Source of the DNA: a virus
Lineage: Duplodnaviria; Caudoviricetes
Strand: one strand, 5' to 3'
Virus record (IMG/VR): IMGVR_UViG_3300032225_001322
Coordinates: 64,001 to 128,000 of that record
Length of the DNA stretch: 64,000 bases
Both the position numbers and the translations under genes were made by a program. Each line of letters starts with the position of its first letter. Within the stretch, counting starts at the first letter, position 1. The notes below the pieces were generated by a model. It was not told where the DNA came from. It worked only from the letters and a program-made list of their open reading frames with translations, and did not search any database. Below are positions 45,039 to 56,297 of this stretch, piece after piece.

Positions 45039-47918
45039 TTAAGACTGGTTCTCAGTCCAACTGAAACGAGCATTAACTGAATTTGTACCATTCAACGGCG
45101 TGGCACATACAGTTAAAATGTCAGGCCCGTCTGGATACAAATTAGTAGGGTTAGTTGGAACGTTGTATGAAGTACCGCCACTCAATATACTAGTTCCAAT
45201 ATCTCTAATCTGGTTCAACGGCTGTGATGTTGCGCTGTTCGGACTAGTAAAGAAGCTATATATAGTCTCGCCGCCAAATATAGTAGTATTCGCACCATGT
45301 AAACTCAATTGAGTTAAACTAGATCCACCAACTGGAGCAAATGTTCCACCACTCGGTACACCGTTCAATACCAAGTCGATACGGAACGAAGTGTTACCTG
45401 TTGTGAAAGCGTCAATCTGTACTGGCTGTACCTGCATACGAGTTATAATCTCTCTAACACCTAATATTCCAGTAACGCCACTATCAGTACTTGGTGCTAA
45501 ACGCATACTTAGTAGAGCACTACGCACATTACCTGCTTGATTGGTTAAGGTAGTTGCCATACCAGCACTGAATACATATTGGTTGTCATCAGATTGTCCA
45601 CCGTCGATGATTACACTAGTACCCCAGTGATTTAAGGTACTACTTGCCTGTGGGCTGTATAATTCAACTTTAATTGGAGCAGTTGCTGAATATGTAAATG
45701 TTTGTGCTGAAGCATTGCCGCCTGTCTGAGCACGACTAGTAATAGTAAATGTATTTCCGACTATAGCACTATATGAAATATATTCGATAGCGGCCGCAGT
45801 GGCTGCTGACTGAGTTATTACCACAGTTCCTGAACTTGGGAATCCTGATGTGCTAGCTACTGAAATACTAGCGCCAGTAGTGGCTGAGCTAGATAGTGTA
45901 GCTGCTAGTTGAGTTATTGGAGGTTGAGTATTAGTTTCATATCTACCAGGTTGGTTACCTGAACGCATGAAAGCCACTTGGTTTAAGTTATTGTTAGGTA
46001 CACGATGACAGTAGATAACTTCACCGCGATTATTTTTAAATCCAAATCGTATAGCGCCAGCACCATACCAGCTATAGTCCATGTAGAACATCTGCATCTT
46101 AGTCAAGTCCACATTAAATAAACTAGCACCTGTTCCGTTACATGGATCAATATTCCATGTACTTTGTGCGTACTTTGTATCAACTACTACTGATAAAAAA
46201 TCGCTGACAATGTTATTTGCGCCGCGATATTCGGGGTAGATATACATTGTTGTATTACTGGTAATTTGTTGTACAAGATAAGTCTGACCAGCAAGTACAA
46301 TATATTGCCCTGGTGTTACTTGATTACTAAAAGTAGTATTAGTTCCTGTTACTGTTTGACTGCCAGCGGTTACTGCAATAGTTCCAGAAGCATAAGTAGT
46401 AGCTGATCTCTTGACCGCATATAATGTTTGACCGTCATATTCAAAGAACATACCATTTTGATCACTGAACATACCAATACGATTCTTGGCACCATACCAG
46501 CTGTATGGATTGGCTGTTATTGTTGGAGATCCTACAGCTGGACTAGTAGCTGGAGCGGACAATGCTGTATATGTAAATGTAGTCACTGACGGAGCAGTAA
46601 CAACTGTGAAATTTCCATTATAAGCACTTAGTGTAGCGCCAGCAATAGTAACTACTGCGCCTGGATTTAATCCATGTGGGAATAGTGTGTTCACTGTGCA
46701 AGTAGTACCACTACTTGTAATGTTATTAACATAGATTATTGGTTTCATACTACTACCAGTTGAGAACTGAATTCCTTTACCAGCTTGGTAACGGAAATTG
46801 CGTCGTGTCTGACGAATAGTTTGATAACCATGTGAAGCAGTTTGATTACTAAATGCTATTCCACCAAGCTGTGGACGACTTTCTACATAACCTAGTTGAC
46901 GCGGATACAATGTGACGTTTGCTGCAGTAGTTATAGTTCCGCCAGTAGCAGTGGAAGTATATGTAAATGTATTACTAGTTGGAGTCGTTGATACAATCCA
47001 AGATCCATTAACTGATCCACCAGTTGCTCCTGTGGTACCAGTGACATAGATGCCAGATCCAACTCGTAATCCGTGATCGTTAGTTGTTGTTACTGTAACA
47101 ACAGCATTGGCGGCCACTGTCATATTACCGCCGGCACTACCTGCTATAGGAATAGCCGAACCACTAAACCAATAACCAGGATAGATATAAGTTTTATTAG
47201 GATTGAATAGTGTAGTAGCCGGAGTACTAGTTGTAATATATTGGAAACTGGTATTTGCTACCACGTTGTTTGCCAACCAGAAACCGTCGGCATTACCCAT
47301 GTCCAATGTACCTTGAATAAAGATTGGTGTGCCGTTGGCAATACCAGTGGTATTATTTAGACTAACGGTTACAAGATTACCTGAAGCCGCCACATTGGAT
47401 AATGTATATGATGATCCCTGGGAATTACCACCATTGGCCCAGAAGCTTAAAGTAGTTGCTGTATTACTAATAGGACTTGCTACATTATAAAACATACTAG
47501 GACGATTGTTTAATAAACAAAGATTTTCCCATTTACCTGGTTGTGTACCATATTCAAAGTCAGTATCAATCAAACCCTGCGGAGTAGAAACACGCAATTT
47601 ATCCACCGGATCGCGCATTGTTTCATTTGGAGTGATTAAATCATAAGATTCTTCGTATAGGATAGAGATTTTGTCAGTTGAGTTAAGGCCTGAGCAGTTA
47701 TAACTTAATACAACGTTACAGGTCTCCAAACCAGTGCTTGTGGACACTGAGTTGGTAATATTTGCTCCTAGACTAGGATCGCTAAAATTATAAAGTACTA
47801 CGCCTGTTGTTACATCTGTGATCAACAATAGTTGCTCTGGGCGAAGATTTTTTCCATTTACAAATACTGTATTAGTACTTGGGGTAAATGTGTAGTTTTC
47901 TATAATTACGTGTCGCAT
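45039..47918 (-). CDS. Virion structural protein with repeated small beta domains
   Basis: DPVDKLRVSTPQ.LIDTDFEYG.Q..KWE N-terminal motif; repeated HGL..G..(I/V).(I/V).G....NG modules; DYSWYGAG. Confidence 0.7.
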   Translation of the reverse strand: MRHVIIENYTFTPSTNTVFVNGKNLRPEQLLLITDVTTGVVLYNFSDPSLGANITNSVSTSTGLETCNVVLSYNCSGLNSTDKISILYEESYDLITPNETMRDPVDKLRVSTPQGLIDTDFEYGTQPGKWENLCLLNNRPSMFYNVASPISNTATTLSFWANGGNSQGSSYTLSNVAASGNLVTVSLNNTTGIANGTPIFIQGTLDMGNADGFWLANNVVANTSFQYITTSTPATTLFNPNKTYIYPGYWFSGSAIPIAGSAGGNMTVAANAVVTVTTTNDHGLRVGSGIYVTGTTGATGGSVNGSWIVSTTPTSNTFTYTSTATGGTITTAANVTLYPRQLGYVESRPQLGGIAFSNQTASHGYQTIRQTRRNFRYQAGKGIQFSTGSSMKPIIYVNNITSSGTTCTVNTLFPHGLNPGAVVTIAGATLSAYNGNFTVVTAPSVTTFTYTALSAPATSPAVGSPTITANPYSWYGAKNRIGMFSDQNGMFFEYDGQTLYAVKRSATTYASGTIAVTAGSQTVTGTNTTFSNQVTPGQYIVLAGQTYLVQQITSNTTMYIYPEYRGANNIVSDFLSVVVDTKYAQSTWNIDPCNGTGASLFNVDLTKMQMFYMDYSWYGAGAIRFGFKNNRGEVIYCHRVPNNNLNQVAFMRSGNQPGRYETNTQPPITQLAATLSSSATTGASISVASTSGFPSSGTVVITQSAATAAAIEYISYSAIVGNTFTITSRAQTGGNASAQTFTYSATAPIKVELYSPQASSTLNHWGTSVIIDGGQSDDNQYVFSAGMATTLTNQAGNVRSALLSMRLAPSTDSGVTGILGVREIITRMQVQPVQIDAFTTGNTSFRIDLVLNGVPSGGTFAPVGGSSLTQLSLHGANTTIFGGETIYSFFTSPNSATSQPLNQIRDIGTSILSGGTSYNVPTNPTNLYPDGPDILTVCATPLNGTNSVNARFSWTENQS

Positions 47919-47927
47919 CTTTTTTCC

Positions 47928-50900
47928 TTAATCTGAAATCGCTATAGTAGTTGCTGAATATGGGTATCTCAACAGCTGCGAATCTGTAGCTGTATTTACC
48001 TGAGTTATGTTCACTTGAGTGCCTTTGGCAGGAGGTCTGTAAAGAACTACGGAATTGGCTGTAGCACTATAACCCAAAGTTGTTACTTTGAACCCTTTAA
48101 AACTGACATCCACACACCAGAAAGGCCATACCCAAGTTTTAACAAATGGGGTCTGTATTGCCCCGTTTAGTGCTACCTGTAACTGTTTACTGTTAGCGAT
48201 ACCAGCAACATTGGCCTGATTATTTTTTAACGCAAATACACCTGTTTTGCCATTAGTTTGAGTTGAAACATCGTTAAATACCACTGGGCCTGTAAACAAC
48301 GGTTGCGTTGTTACTGTAGCTCCGAAATCATCTATCCAATAATAGTTTGTACCGTCAAAAGTAAATCTATATTGTATATTAGTGCTGGTATCATACCAAA
48401 AATCACCAGTAGTAGGATTTGTTGGAGCACTAGCACTAGATGTAGATCGAACGCCGCCGGCTACAATATTACCAGTAGCAGTGATATTGCCGGTTATAGC
48501 AATATTAGTTGGTGTAAATACTGCTACATTGCCTACTCCGCTTACTGAAACAGTAACATTGGCATTTTGACTAGCAATGGATATATTGCTTGAGCCATTA
48601 CTAAAAGTACCTACATTTGCTAAAACACCGACTAATTGGCTACCGTTACCAATAAAATAATTACCAAGTACATTGCCCGTGGCCGTTACATAACCACTCG
48701 TAAGGATATTTCCGCCGATAATATTACCTGGAGCAGATATGCCACCACCCGATCCACTGTATATAAAGGCATTACCATATACATTGCCCGTTACGCTTAA
48801 ACCAGTTGGAGACACTACGACTACATTTCCGACTCCACTTACATCCATTGTTATATTAGCATTGGCTCCGGCTATGTTTACATTACTTTGACCGCTGTAG
48901 ATAATATTACTAGCGCCGCCACCGTTTCCGCCAGAGATGCCAGTTAAGAACGCTCCGTTACCATAGATATAATTACCAGTGATGTTACCAGTGGCACTTA
49001 CTACACCAGTTACATTAACTCCAGTATTAGAAAAAGTAGCAACAATATTAGCTGTGTTACTGCCATTAGCAATAATTCTTACAACGCCATTGCGTTCATT
49101 ACTACCAAGAATTAAATTACCGCCACCACCGTTGGCATTGCCTTGAGAGTACAAATATGTATCATTGGGTGCTACACTAGTGCCTAGACTATTGTAAGGA
49201 TTTACATTGGAATAATTATTTCCAGCAACACCAAAGTCACCAAAGTACGCTACGTCATTACCGTTGTTAGCTGTAACAATTATTTCTGTGGTCGCCGCAG
49301 TACCGCTATTAATATTTTGGAAGTTAACCTGTGAATATGAATTAGCATTGCCAGCAAACTGAACAACAACATTTGAACCTAATGGTGTAAATCCAGGTAC
49401 ACCTGCGTATAACGCACTATTACCTGAAACACTATTACCGTAGAATATACCAGCACCATTGGCTGTAATATTACTTGTACTTTGGAATGTTCCAATTACA
49501 GTTAAATTATTGCTGAAGTACCCGTTATAGCCATTGATATTACCTAGGCCTGTTTGGACAATATTGGCGCTAGTTGTAATATTACCAGCGGCACTTACTA
49601 AGCCAGCTGTTGTGACATTGCCAGCGATAGCATTACCTGTAGCACTTACTAAACCAGCTGTTGTGACATTGCCAGCGATAGCATTACCTGTAGCACTTAC
49701 TAAACCAGCTGTTAAAATATTACCTACTTGAGCATTGCCAGTAGCACTGATTAATCCGCTAGTTAAAATATTGCCGCCGGTTACATTGCCGTTGGCAGCG
49801 ATAGTACCTAATACACTTAAACCAGTTGGGGTAAATACCGCTATATTTCCTACAGTACTAACTGAAATTGTTACATTGGCGTTTGCTGATCCAATATTTA
49901 GATTACTATTTCCATTTACAACATTAGATACACTAGTGATAATACCAGTCAACTGACTACCGTTACCAATAAAATAATTACCAGTTACATTGCCTGTAGC
50001 ACTAACAACACCACCGGTTAATAAATTACCGCCAATAATGTTACCAACAGAACTTACTGTGGAAGCAGCGTTAAATGTGTTGGCCGAAATAACATTGGCG
50101 CCAGATAAGTTGCCGCCTGAACCAGTTCCGGCAATAACAGCACCGCTAGCATAGACATTGCCAGCGGCACTTACTTGTCCACTGGTTAAGATATTTCCGC
50201 CTGTAATATTACCTGAGCCAGATACTAGTCCGCCAGTAACTAAATTACCAACAGTGGCTGTGCCTGTAGAACTAATTAGCCCAGCTGTTGTAATATTACC
50301 GCCAGTTATATTGCTAGTAGCACTAATTAATCCGCCAGTTAATACATTACCACCAGCACTGATATTATTACTTGTTATAATATTGCCGCCAGATACATTA
50401 CCTGTGGCAATTACATTGCTGCCGGTTGATAAATTACCAACACTACTAATACCTAAACTAGCTACCCAAACATTGGATGCTGTATTATACAACAATGTTG
50501 CGTATTCTGCTCCAAGAGGACCAACACCAATACCGCCGTTATTAGCCGCAGTAGCATTGGCCGCGTTATTGGCCATGTTAATTTGTAAATCGTTTGTAGT
50601 AACAATGTTTGAATTAATTGTAGTTGTAGTACCTTGAACTGTCAAGTTACCTGTAATAACCACGTTACCATCTGTGCCGCCTGATCCATTTGGATCAATA
50701 GTTAATGTCGGTCCAGCGCCAACAATTAAATTTCCACTTAATACAATACCACCAACTGAAATTGTACCGTTAGATGTTACATTTCCTATAGTAGCATTAC
50801 CAGAGATGCTGGCGGTAGTAGCTAGTAAATTACCAGAAATATTATTACCAGTTACATTGCCAGTGGCGCTTATTAAACCTGACGTTAAGATATTTCCAGC

Positions 50901-52001
50901 AATAGCATTACCAGTAGCACTTACATTACCTGAAGTTAATAAATTGCCACCGGTTACAGTTCCAACAATGGTAGCATATCCACTGGCTATAATATTGCCG
51001 CCAGAAACTATATTACCATAAGCACTTACAACACCACTTTGATTAATTACTGTAGTGGTACCAGGAGTACCAAAAATACCAGCTGGAGCATAGACATTTC
51101 CAACAGATGAAATAAATCCGCTAGATAATAAATTGCCGCCTGAAATATTAGCAGCTGATGTGATATTTCCACTAGCACTTACTGTAACAGCGTTAAATGT
51201 ATTAGCTGAAATAATGTTGGCACCAGTAATATTACCACCAGTACCGCCGCCACTAACAATATTGCCGCCATATACATTGCCACTAGCACTTACTAGGCCA
51301 CTAGTTAAAATATTACCGCCAGTTACATTACTTGTAACACTTAATCCAGTTGGAGTGAATACTGCTACATTACCTACTGTGCTTACCGATACAGTAACAT
51401 TGGCATTGGCACTAGCTATGGCAACGTTACTATTGCCATTGAATATTGTATTACTTGATGTGGTAACGCCAGTTAATAGTGCGCCGTTACCAAGAATATA
51501 ATTACCTTGAACATTTCCTGTAGCAGTTACATTACCCGCATATACATTGCCTGTGGCGCTGAATATATTAGCAGATACGAGATTAGCACCAGTGATGTTA
51601 CCTCCAGAACCTCCTGCGCTTATAATGGAGTTAGCATATACATTACCACTAGCACTAACAAATCCAGCAGTCAATACATTTCCGCCAGTAATATTACCGT
51701 TGGCCGCTACAGTACCTAGTACACTTAATCCAGTTGGTGTTACTACTACAACATTGCCTATTGTGCTAACAGAAAGAGTGATATTGGCATTAGCTGCCGC
51801 GATACTAACATTACTATTTCCATTAAGAATCGCTGATCCAGCACTTGTTGTAATGCCGGTTAATAATGAGCCATTACCAATAAAATAATTGCCGGTACCG
51901 GCATAGACATTACCTACGGCTGAAACATAAGTTCCTGCTGTTAAGAATGTATTGACATTGGCATTACCATATATCGTTGTGCCACTTAGTAACTTAGCCA
52001 T
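47928..52001 (-). CDS. Long tail fibre-like protein with Gly-Asn repeats
   Basis: About 17-aa SATGN(V/I)xxGN(I/V)LTxG repeats; MAKLLSGT N-terminus; APTNPTTGDFWYD motif near the C-terminus. Confidence 0.8.
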   Translation of the reverse strand: MAKLLSGTTIYGNANVNTFLTAGTYVSAVGNVYAGTGNYFIGNGSLLTGITTSAGSAILNGNSNVSIAAANANITLSVSTIGNVVVVTPTGLSVLGTVAANGNITGGNVLTAGFVSASGNVYANSIISAGGSGGNITGANLVSANIFSATGNVYAGNVTATGNVQGNYILGNGALLTGVTTSSNTIFNGNSNVAIASANANVTVSVSTVGNVAVFTPTGLSVTSNVTGGNILTSGLVSASGNVYGGNIVSGGGTGGNITGANIISANTFNAVTVSASGNITSAANISGGNLLSSGFISSVGNVYAPAGIFGTPGTTTVINQSGVVSAYGNIVSGGNIIASGYATIVGTVTGGNLLTSGNVSATGNAIAGNILTSGLISATGNVTGNNISGNLLATTASISGNATIGNVTSNGTISVGGIVLSGNLIVGAGPTLTIDPNGSGGTDGNVVITGNLTVQGTTTTINSNIVTTNDLQINMANNAANATAANNGGIGVGPLGAEYATLLYNTASNVWVASLGISSVGNLSTGSNVIATGNVSGGNIITSNNISAGGNVLTGGLISATSNITGGNITTAGLISSTGTATVGNLVTGGLVSGSGNITGGNILTSGQVSAAGNVYASGAVIAGTGSGGNLSGANVISANTFNAASTVSSVGNIIGGNLLTGGVVSATGNVTGNYFIGNGSQLTGIITSVSNVVNGNSNLNIGSANANVTISVSTVGNIAVFTPTGLSVLGTIAANGNVTGGNILTSGLISATGNAQVGNILTAGLVSATGNAIAGNVTTAGLVSATGNAIAGNVTTAGLVSAAGNITTSANIVQTGLGNINGYNGYFSNNLTVIGTFQSTSNITANGAGIFYGNSVSGNSALYAGVPGFTPLGSNVVVQFAGNANSYSQVNFQNINSGTAATTEIIVTANNGNDVAYFGDFGVAGNNYSNVNPYNSLGTSVAPNDTYLYSQGNANGGGGNLILGSNERNGVVRIIANGSNTANIVATFSNTGVNVTGVVSATGNITGNYIYGNGAFLTGISGGNGGGASNIIYSGQSNVNIAGANANITMDVSGVGNVVVVSPTGLSVTGNVYGNAFIYSGSGGGISAPGNIIGGNILTSGYVTATGNVLGNYFIGNGSQLVGVLANVGTFSNGSSNISIASQNANVTVSVSGVGNVAVFTPTNIAITGNITATGNIVAGGVRSTSSASAPTNPTTGDFWYDTSTNIQYRFTFDGTNYYWIDDFGATVTTQPLFTGPVVFNDVSTQTNGKTGVFALKNNQANVAGIANSKQLQVALNGAIQTPFVKTWVWPFWCVDVSFKGFKVTTLGYSATANSVVLYRPPAKGTQVNITQVNTATDSQLLRYPYSATTIAISD
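49591..49713 (-). repeat. Near-perfect 51-nt tandem repeat (17-aa unit AGLVSATGNAIAGNVTT)
   Basis: GCACTTACTAA(G/A)CCAGCTGTTGTGACATTGCCAGCGATAGCATTACCTGTA, two full copies plus a partial. Confidence 0.85.
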
Positions 52002-52011
52002 AGTACCCTAT

Positions 52012-52233
52012 TTAACTTATGCCAGTGACTTCGTCAAATATCCCTTGTACTAACATAGTTCCAGTATTAGTAATGCGTAAAGGAACACTTGGGCCTGTGA
52101 CTTCGTCGAACAGACCTGCGTAAACCGCCGATTGAGCGATGGATGCGTTACTGTAAGTAACCTCGTCAAATTGAATAGTGTTGGCTATTAGTAAATTACC
52201 TGTGTTCAAAAGTCTTGCAGCTAGAAATGCCAT
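52012..52233 (-). CDS. Small protein with three FDEVT repeats (putative fibre adaptor)
   Basis: QFDEVT, LFDEVT, IFDEVT; AGGAG Shine-Dalgarno; paralogous to both termini of 56298-57167. Confidence 0.75.
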   Translation of the reverse strand: MAFLAARLLNTGNLLIANTIQFDEVTYSNASIAQSAVYAGLFDEVTGPSVPLRITNTGTMLVQGIFDEVTGIS

Positions 52234-52245
52234 TAGTTTCTCCTA

Positions 52246-55200
52246 TTAACCAAATGTAAAGTCAATACTTACCAAGCTAGAATTATAAGTTACATGTCCG
52301 CCGGGACCAGCCGCGTTACTATTGGCTAGATTCAAATACGCAGTAGTTCCAATATTACCAGTTGCGCTTACCTGTCCTGCTGTTATTAAATTACCAGCAG
52401 TTGTATTACCTGTAGCACTTATTAGTCCAGCCGTTAAAATGTTGCCATGTATAGCATTACCAGTACTTGACATCAACCCAGCTGTTAAGATATTTCCAGC
52501 GGTAGCATTACCTGTAGCTGATATTAATCCAGCTGTAGTGACATTGCCACCTGTTACATTGCCATTAGCCGCTATAGTACCTAATACGCTTAACCCAGTT
52601 GGTGTAAATACCGCTACGTTACCTACGGTACTAACACTAATAGTAACATTGGCATTTGCCGCGGCAATGTTTAAATTACTGCCGCCATTTACTACATTGG
52701 ATACTGATGTAATAATACCAGTTAACTGACTACCATTACCTAAAATATAATTACCTGTAACATTACCTGTAGCACTAACAAAGCCACTTGTTAAAATATT
52801 TCCTGCCTGAATATTGCCTGAAGCAGATATGCCTCCGCCACCGCTACCAGCTAATATAAATGCGTTACCGTAAATATTGCCGCCAGCACTTAATATGCCA
52901 GCTGTAGTGATATTGCCACCAGCAATGTTAGCTACCGATGTAATGTTGCCTGTAGCACTTACTGTGCCACCTGTTGCTAAATTGCCTACTGTAGCTGTAC
53001 CAGTAGCACTAATTAATCCAGCTGTTGTAAGATTACCTGCTATAGCGTTACCAGTAGCACTAATTAATCCAGCTGTTGTAACATTACCTGCTATAGCGTT
53101 ACCGGTAGCTGATATTAATCCAACTGTAGTAATATTACCTGCTGTAGCGTTACCGGTAGCACTAATTAATCCAGCTGTTGTAACATTACCACCACTAACA
53201 TTGCCGTTAGCGGCTATAGTACCTAGTACACTTAACCCGGTTGGTGTTACTACTACAACATTGCCTACTGTACTAACAGAAAGGGTAATATTAGCATTGG
53301 CTGTCGCAATATTTAAATTACTGCCGCCATTTACTACATTGGATACTGATGTAATAATACCAGTTAACTGACTACCGTTACCTAAAATATAATTACCAGT
53401 AATATTGCCTGTAGCACTTACTAGTCCAATAGTAGTGACATTGCCACCAATAACATTGCCTGTAGCTGTTACATAGCCGCTGGTTAATAAATTGCCACCA
53501 ATAATATTGCCTGAACCAGATAATGTGCCACCAGTGCCAGTAGATATGAATGTGTTAGCATATACATTACCTGTCGCTGTGATTAATCCAGCTGTTACAA
53601 TATTACCTGCTGTAGCATTGCCAGTAGCTGATATTAATCCAACTGTAGTAATATTACCTGCTGTCGCGTTACCGGTAGCACTGATCAATCCAGCTGTTAA
53701 AATGTTTCCACCAGTTATACTATTAGCACTTGTAATTGTACCAGTAGCACTAATTGTGCCACCTGTTGCTAAATTACCACCAGTAATAGTAGTTGCTGAT
53801 GTAATTGTGCTTGTGGCACTAATTAATCCAGCTGTTAAGATGTTTCCACCAATAATATTGCCAGTACTACTATTAGTACCAGCATTGATTATATTACCAG
53901 AATAAACATTACCAGTCGCACTGATTAATCCGCCAGTTGTGACATTACCACCTGTTACATTGCCTGTAGCATTAACGGATGTTCCAGCTTGCAGTGCGCC
54001 AGTAACACTTAAACTTGTACCAGTAGCGGCACCAATATTTGGTGTTGTTAAATTAGCACTAGCTTTGACACTAATATTGCCGCCGCCATCAAATGCTGTT
54101 GTAACATTGTCAACTCTAGCATTAATTACTGTGCCAGCAATACTAATACCGTTGCCACTTGTATATGTTTGACTACTACTAAATTGAGCAAAAGTAATAT
54201 TACTTGTGCCGAATGTAATTGTGCCTGTTGGGCCATTAACTATATAAGCACTACCAGCATTGACATTACCGTTGGTTACGAAGAAATAATCGTTAAGACT
54301 TAACTGAGTAACACTATCTGGACCATATTCATCTGTGTCAGTTGAACGAACAATCGCTGTAGAATTAGACCAAGTATATATACCGTTAAACGCAGCATTG
54401 CCTTCGTTTTTAACTAAGATACGAGTACCTACGGTTTGAACATTACCGGTATCAATTAAATTGAACGAGCCTGTAGTTTGAATATACGCACCAATACCAT
54501 TACCAATACCGTTAGGTTGATTATATGTAACAGTACCGCCTGTGGTTGTAGCTAAGTTTGCTGTGGTAGCCACGTATACCGGTGTATGATAGGCGATTCC
54601 TGTTGACACCATAGTGTCAACATAATATTTGGTAGCCGCGTCACTATTTGCTACTGGGTTTAATGCTAAATTATTAATGTAAGTAGCATTTCCAGAAGGT
54701 AATACAATGTTACCAGTACCACCTGGGAATAAATTAATGTGGGCATTGCCGCCTGTGGCAACAGTTACGCCACTAGCACCATAAATGTTAGCTGTGTTAA
54801 CAATACCACTAGTTGTAATATTTCCAGTTGCTGATATCAATCCACCAGTTAAAACATTGCCAGCATTAACATTACTTGTTGCTGTGATAAATCCAGTGAT
54901 TGTTGTGTTGGCTGCTGCTAATGCGCCAGTAGCACTCAACTGCCCAGCAGTTAAAATATTACCGCCAGTTACATTACCAGTGGCTGTAACTACGCCAGCT
55001 GTTGTAACATTGCCAGATGTAGCATTGCCTGTGGCACTTACTAGACCAGCTGTTAAAACATTTCCAACTTGAGCATTACCAGTAGCACTCATTGTGCCAC
55101 CAGTAGCTAAATTGCCACCAGTAATTGTAGTTGCTGATGTAATTGTTGCGGTAGCCGAAATTAATCCAGCTGTTAAAATATTTCCGCCAATGATATTACC

Positions 55201-56283
55201 AACACTACTACTACTGCCAGCATTAATTAAATTACCAACATAGGCATTACCTGTTACACTTACTAATCCAGCTGTCGTAATGTTGCCTGCTGTAGCATTA
55301 CCAGTAGCGCTTACTAGTCCACCAGTTACAATATTTCCACCAGAAATATTAGCTGCTGACGTTATAGTTGATGTCGCTGAAATTAAACCAGCTGTTAAAA
55401 TGTTACCGCCAGTGATATTACCAGCACTACTGCTACTACCTGCGTTGATTATATTACCAGCGTAAACATTACCTGTTGCTGTAATCAAGCCAGCAGTACT
55501 AATATTACCAGCTATAGCATTACCGGTAGCACTTAATGTACCACCAGTAGCTAAATTTCCGCCATTAATTGTATTTGCTGATGTGATAGTGCCTGTAGAA
55601 CTAATCAAACCTGGAGTTAATAAATTGCCGCCAGCTATGTTGCCAGTGACACTTAATAGATTTGTTGCTGCGTTAAATGTGAATGCTGAACTAGCACCCA
55701 AATTACCGTTATTATTATATTGTACTTGTGTGTTCGAGCCTGAAGCTGTAATGTTACCGCTGATACTACCAGCAAATGTACCAACGAAATAGTTACCGTA
55801 TACATTACCTGCGGCGCTTACTATACCAGCTGTAAGTATATTGCCACCAGTTACATTGCCTGTAGCAGTTACTAGTCCAGTTGTTTGTACATTTCCGCTG
55901 ATAATATTACCAATTACACTTACTGTAGTGTCAAAAGAAATATTACCATAGATGTTACCAGTAACGCTAAGATTTTGTGCGTAGACATTACCAGAGGCGC
56001 TTACCAGTCCACCTGTTAAAATATTGGCGCCGCTAATATTTGCCGCTGATGTTATTGTGGAAGTCGCAGAGATTAAACCAGAAGTTAACAAATTACCAAC
56101 AGTAGCATTACCGGTTGCGCTAAACAAGCCAGCTGTTAAAATGTTGCCAGCCTGGGCATTACCTGTGGCACTAATTAAACCAGTTGTTGTGACATTGCCA
56201 CCAATAACATTACCAGTGATACTGGCGAATGTCTGAATATTAATATTACCGTATACCGAAGTACCTGAAAGCAGCTTTGCCAT
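52246..56283 (-). CDS. Long tail fibre-like protein with Gly-Asn repeats
   Basis: MAKLLSGT N-terminus; DAATKYYVD and RILVKNE...NGIY domain; C-terminal YNSSLVSIDFTFG. Confidence 0.8.
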   Translation of the reverse strand: MAKLLSGTSVYGNINIQTFASITGNVIGGNVTTTGLISATGNAQAGNILTAGLFSATGNATVGNLLTSGLISATSTITSAANISGANILTGGLVSASGNVYAQNLSVTGNIYGNISFDTTVSVIGNIISGNVQTTGLVTATGNVTGGNILTAGIVSAAGNVYGNYFVGTFAGSISGNITASGSNTQVQYNNNGNLGASSAFTFNAATNLLSVTGNIAGGNLLTPGLISSTGTITSANTINGGNLATGGTLSATGNAIAGNISTAGLITATGNVYAGNIINAGSSSSAGNITGGNILTAGLISATSTITSAANISGGNIVTGGLVSATGNATAGNITTAGLVSVTGNAYVGNLINAGSSSSVGNIIGGNILTAGLISATATITSATTITGGNLATGGTMSATGNAQVGNVLTAGLVSATGNATSGNVTTAGVVTATGNVTGGNILTAGQLSATGALAAANTTITGFITATSNVNAGNVLTGGLISATGNITTSGIVNTANIYGASGVTVATGGNAHINLFPGGTGNIVLPSGNATYINNLALNPVANSDAATKYYVDTMVSTGIAYHTPVYVATTANLATTTGGTVTYNQPNGIGNGIGAYIQTTGSFNLIDTGNVQTVGTRILVKNEGNAAFNGIYTWSNSTAIVRSTDTDEYGPDSVTQLSLNDYFFVTNGNVNAGSAYIVNGPTGTITFGTSNITFAQFSSSQTYTSGNGISIAGTVINARVDNVTTAFDGGGNISVKASANLTTPNIGAATGTSLSVTGALQAGTSVNATGNVTGGNVTTGGLISATGNVYSGNIINAGTNSSTGNIIGGNILTAGLISATSTITSATTITGGNLATGGTISATGTITSANSITGGNILTAGLISATGNATAGNITTVGLISATGNATAGNIVTAGLITATGNVYANTFISTGTGGTLSGSGNIIGGNLLTSGYVTATGNVIGGNVTTIGLVSATGNITGNYILGNGSQLTGIITSVSNVVNGGSNLNIATANANITLSVSTVGNVVVVTPTGLSVLGTIAANGNVSGGNVTTAGLISATGNATAGNITTVGLISATGNAIAGNVTTAGLISATGNAIAGNLTTAGLISATGTATVGNLATGGTVSATGNITSVANIAGGNITTAGILSAGGNIYGNAFILAGSGGGGISASGNIQAGNILTSGFVSATGNVTGNYILGNGSQLTGIITSVSNVVNGGSNLNIAAANANVTISVSTVGNVAVFTPTGLSVLGTIAANGNVTGGNVTTAGLISATGNATAGNILTAGLMSSTGNAIHGNILTAGLISATGNTTAGNLITAGQVSATGNIGTTAYLNLANSNAAGPGGHVTYNSSLVSIDFTFG

Positions 56284-56297
56284 TTGTTATTATCCTT

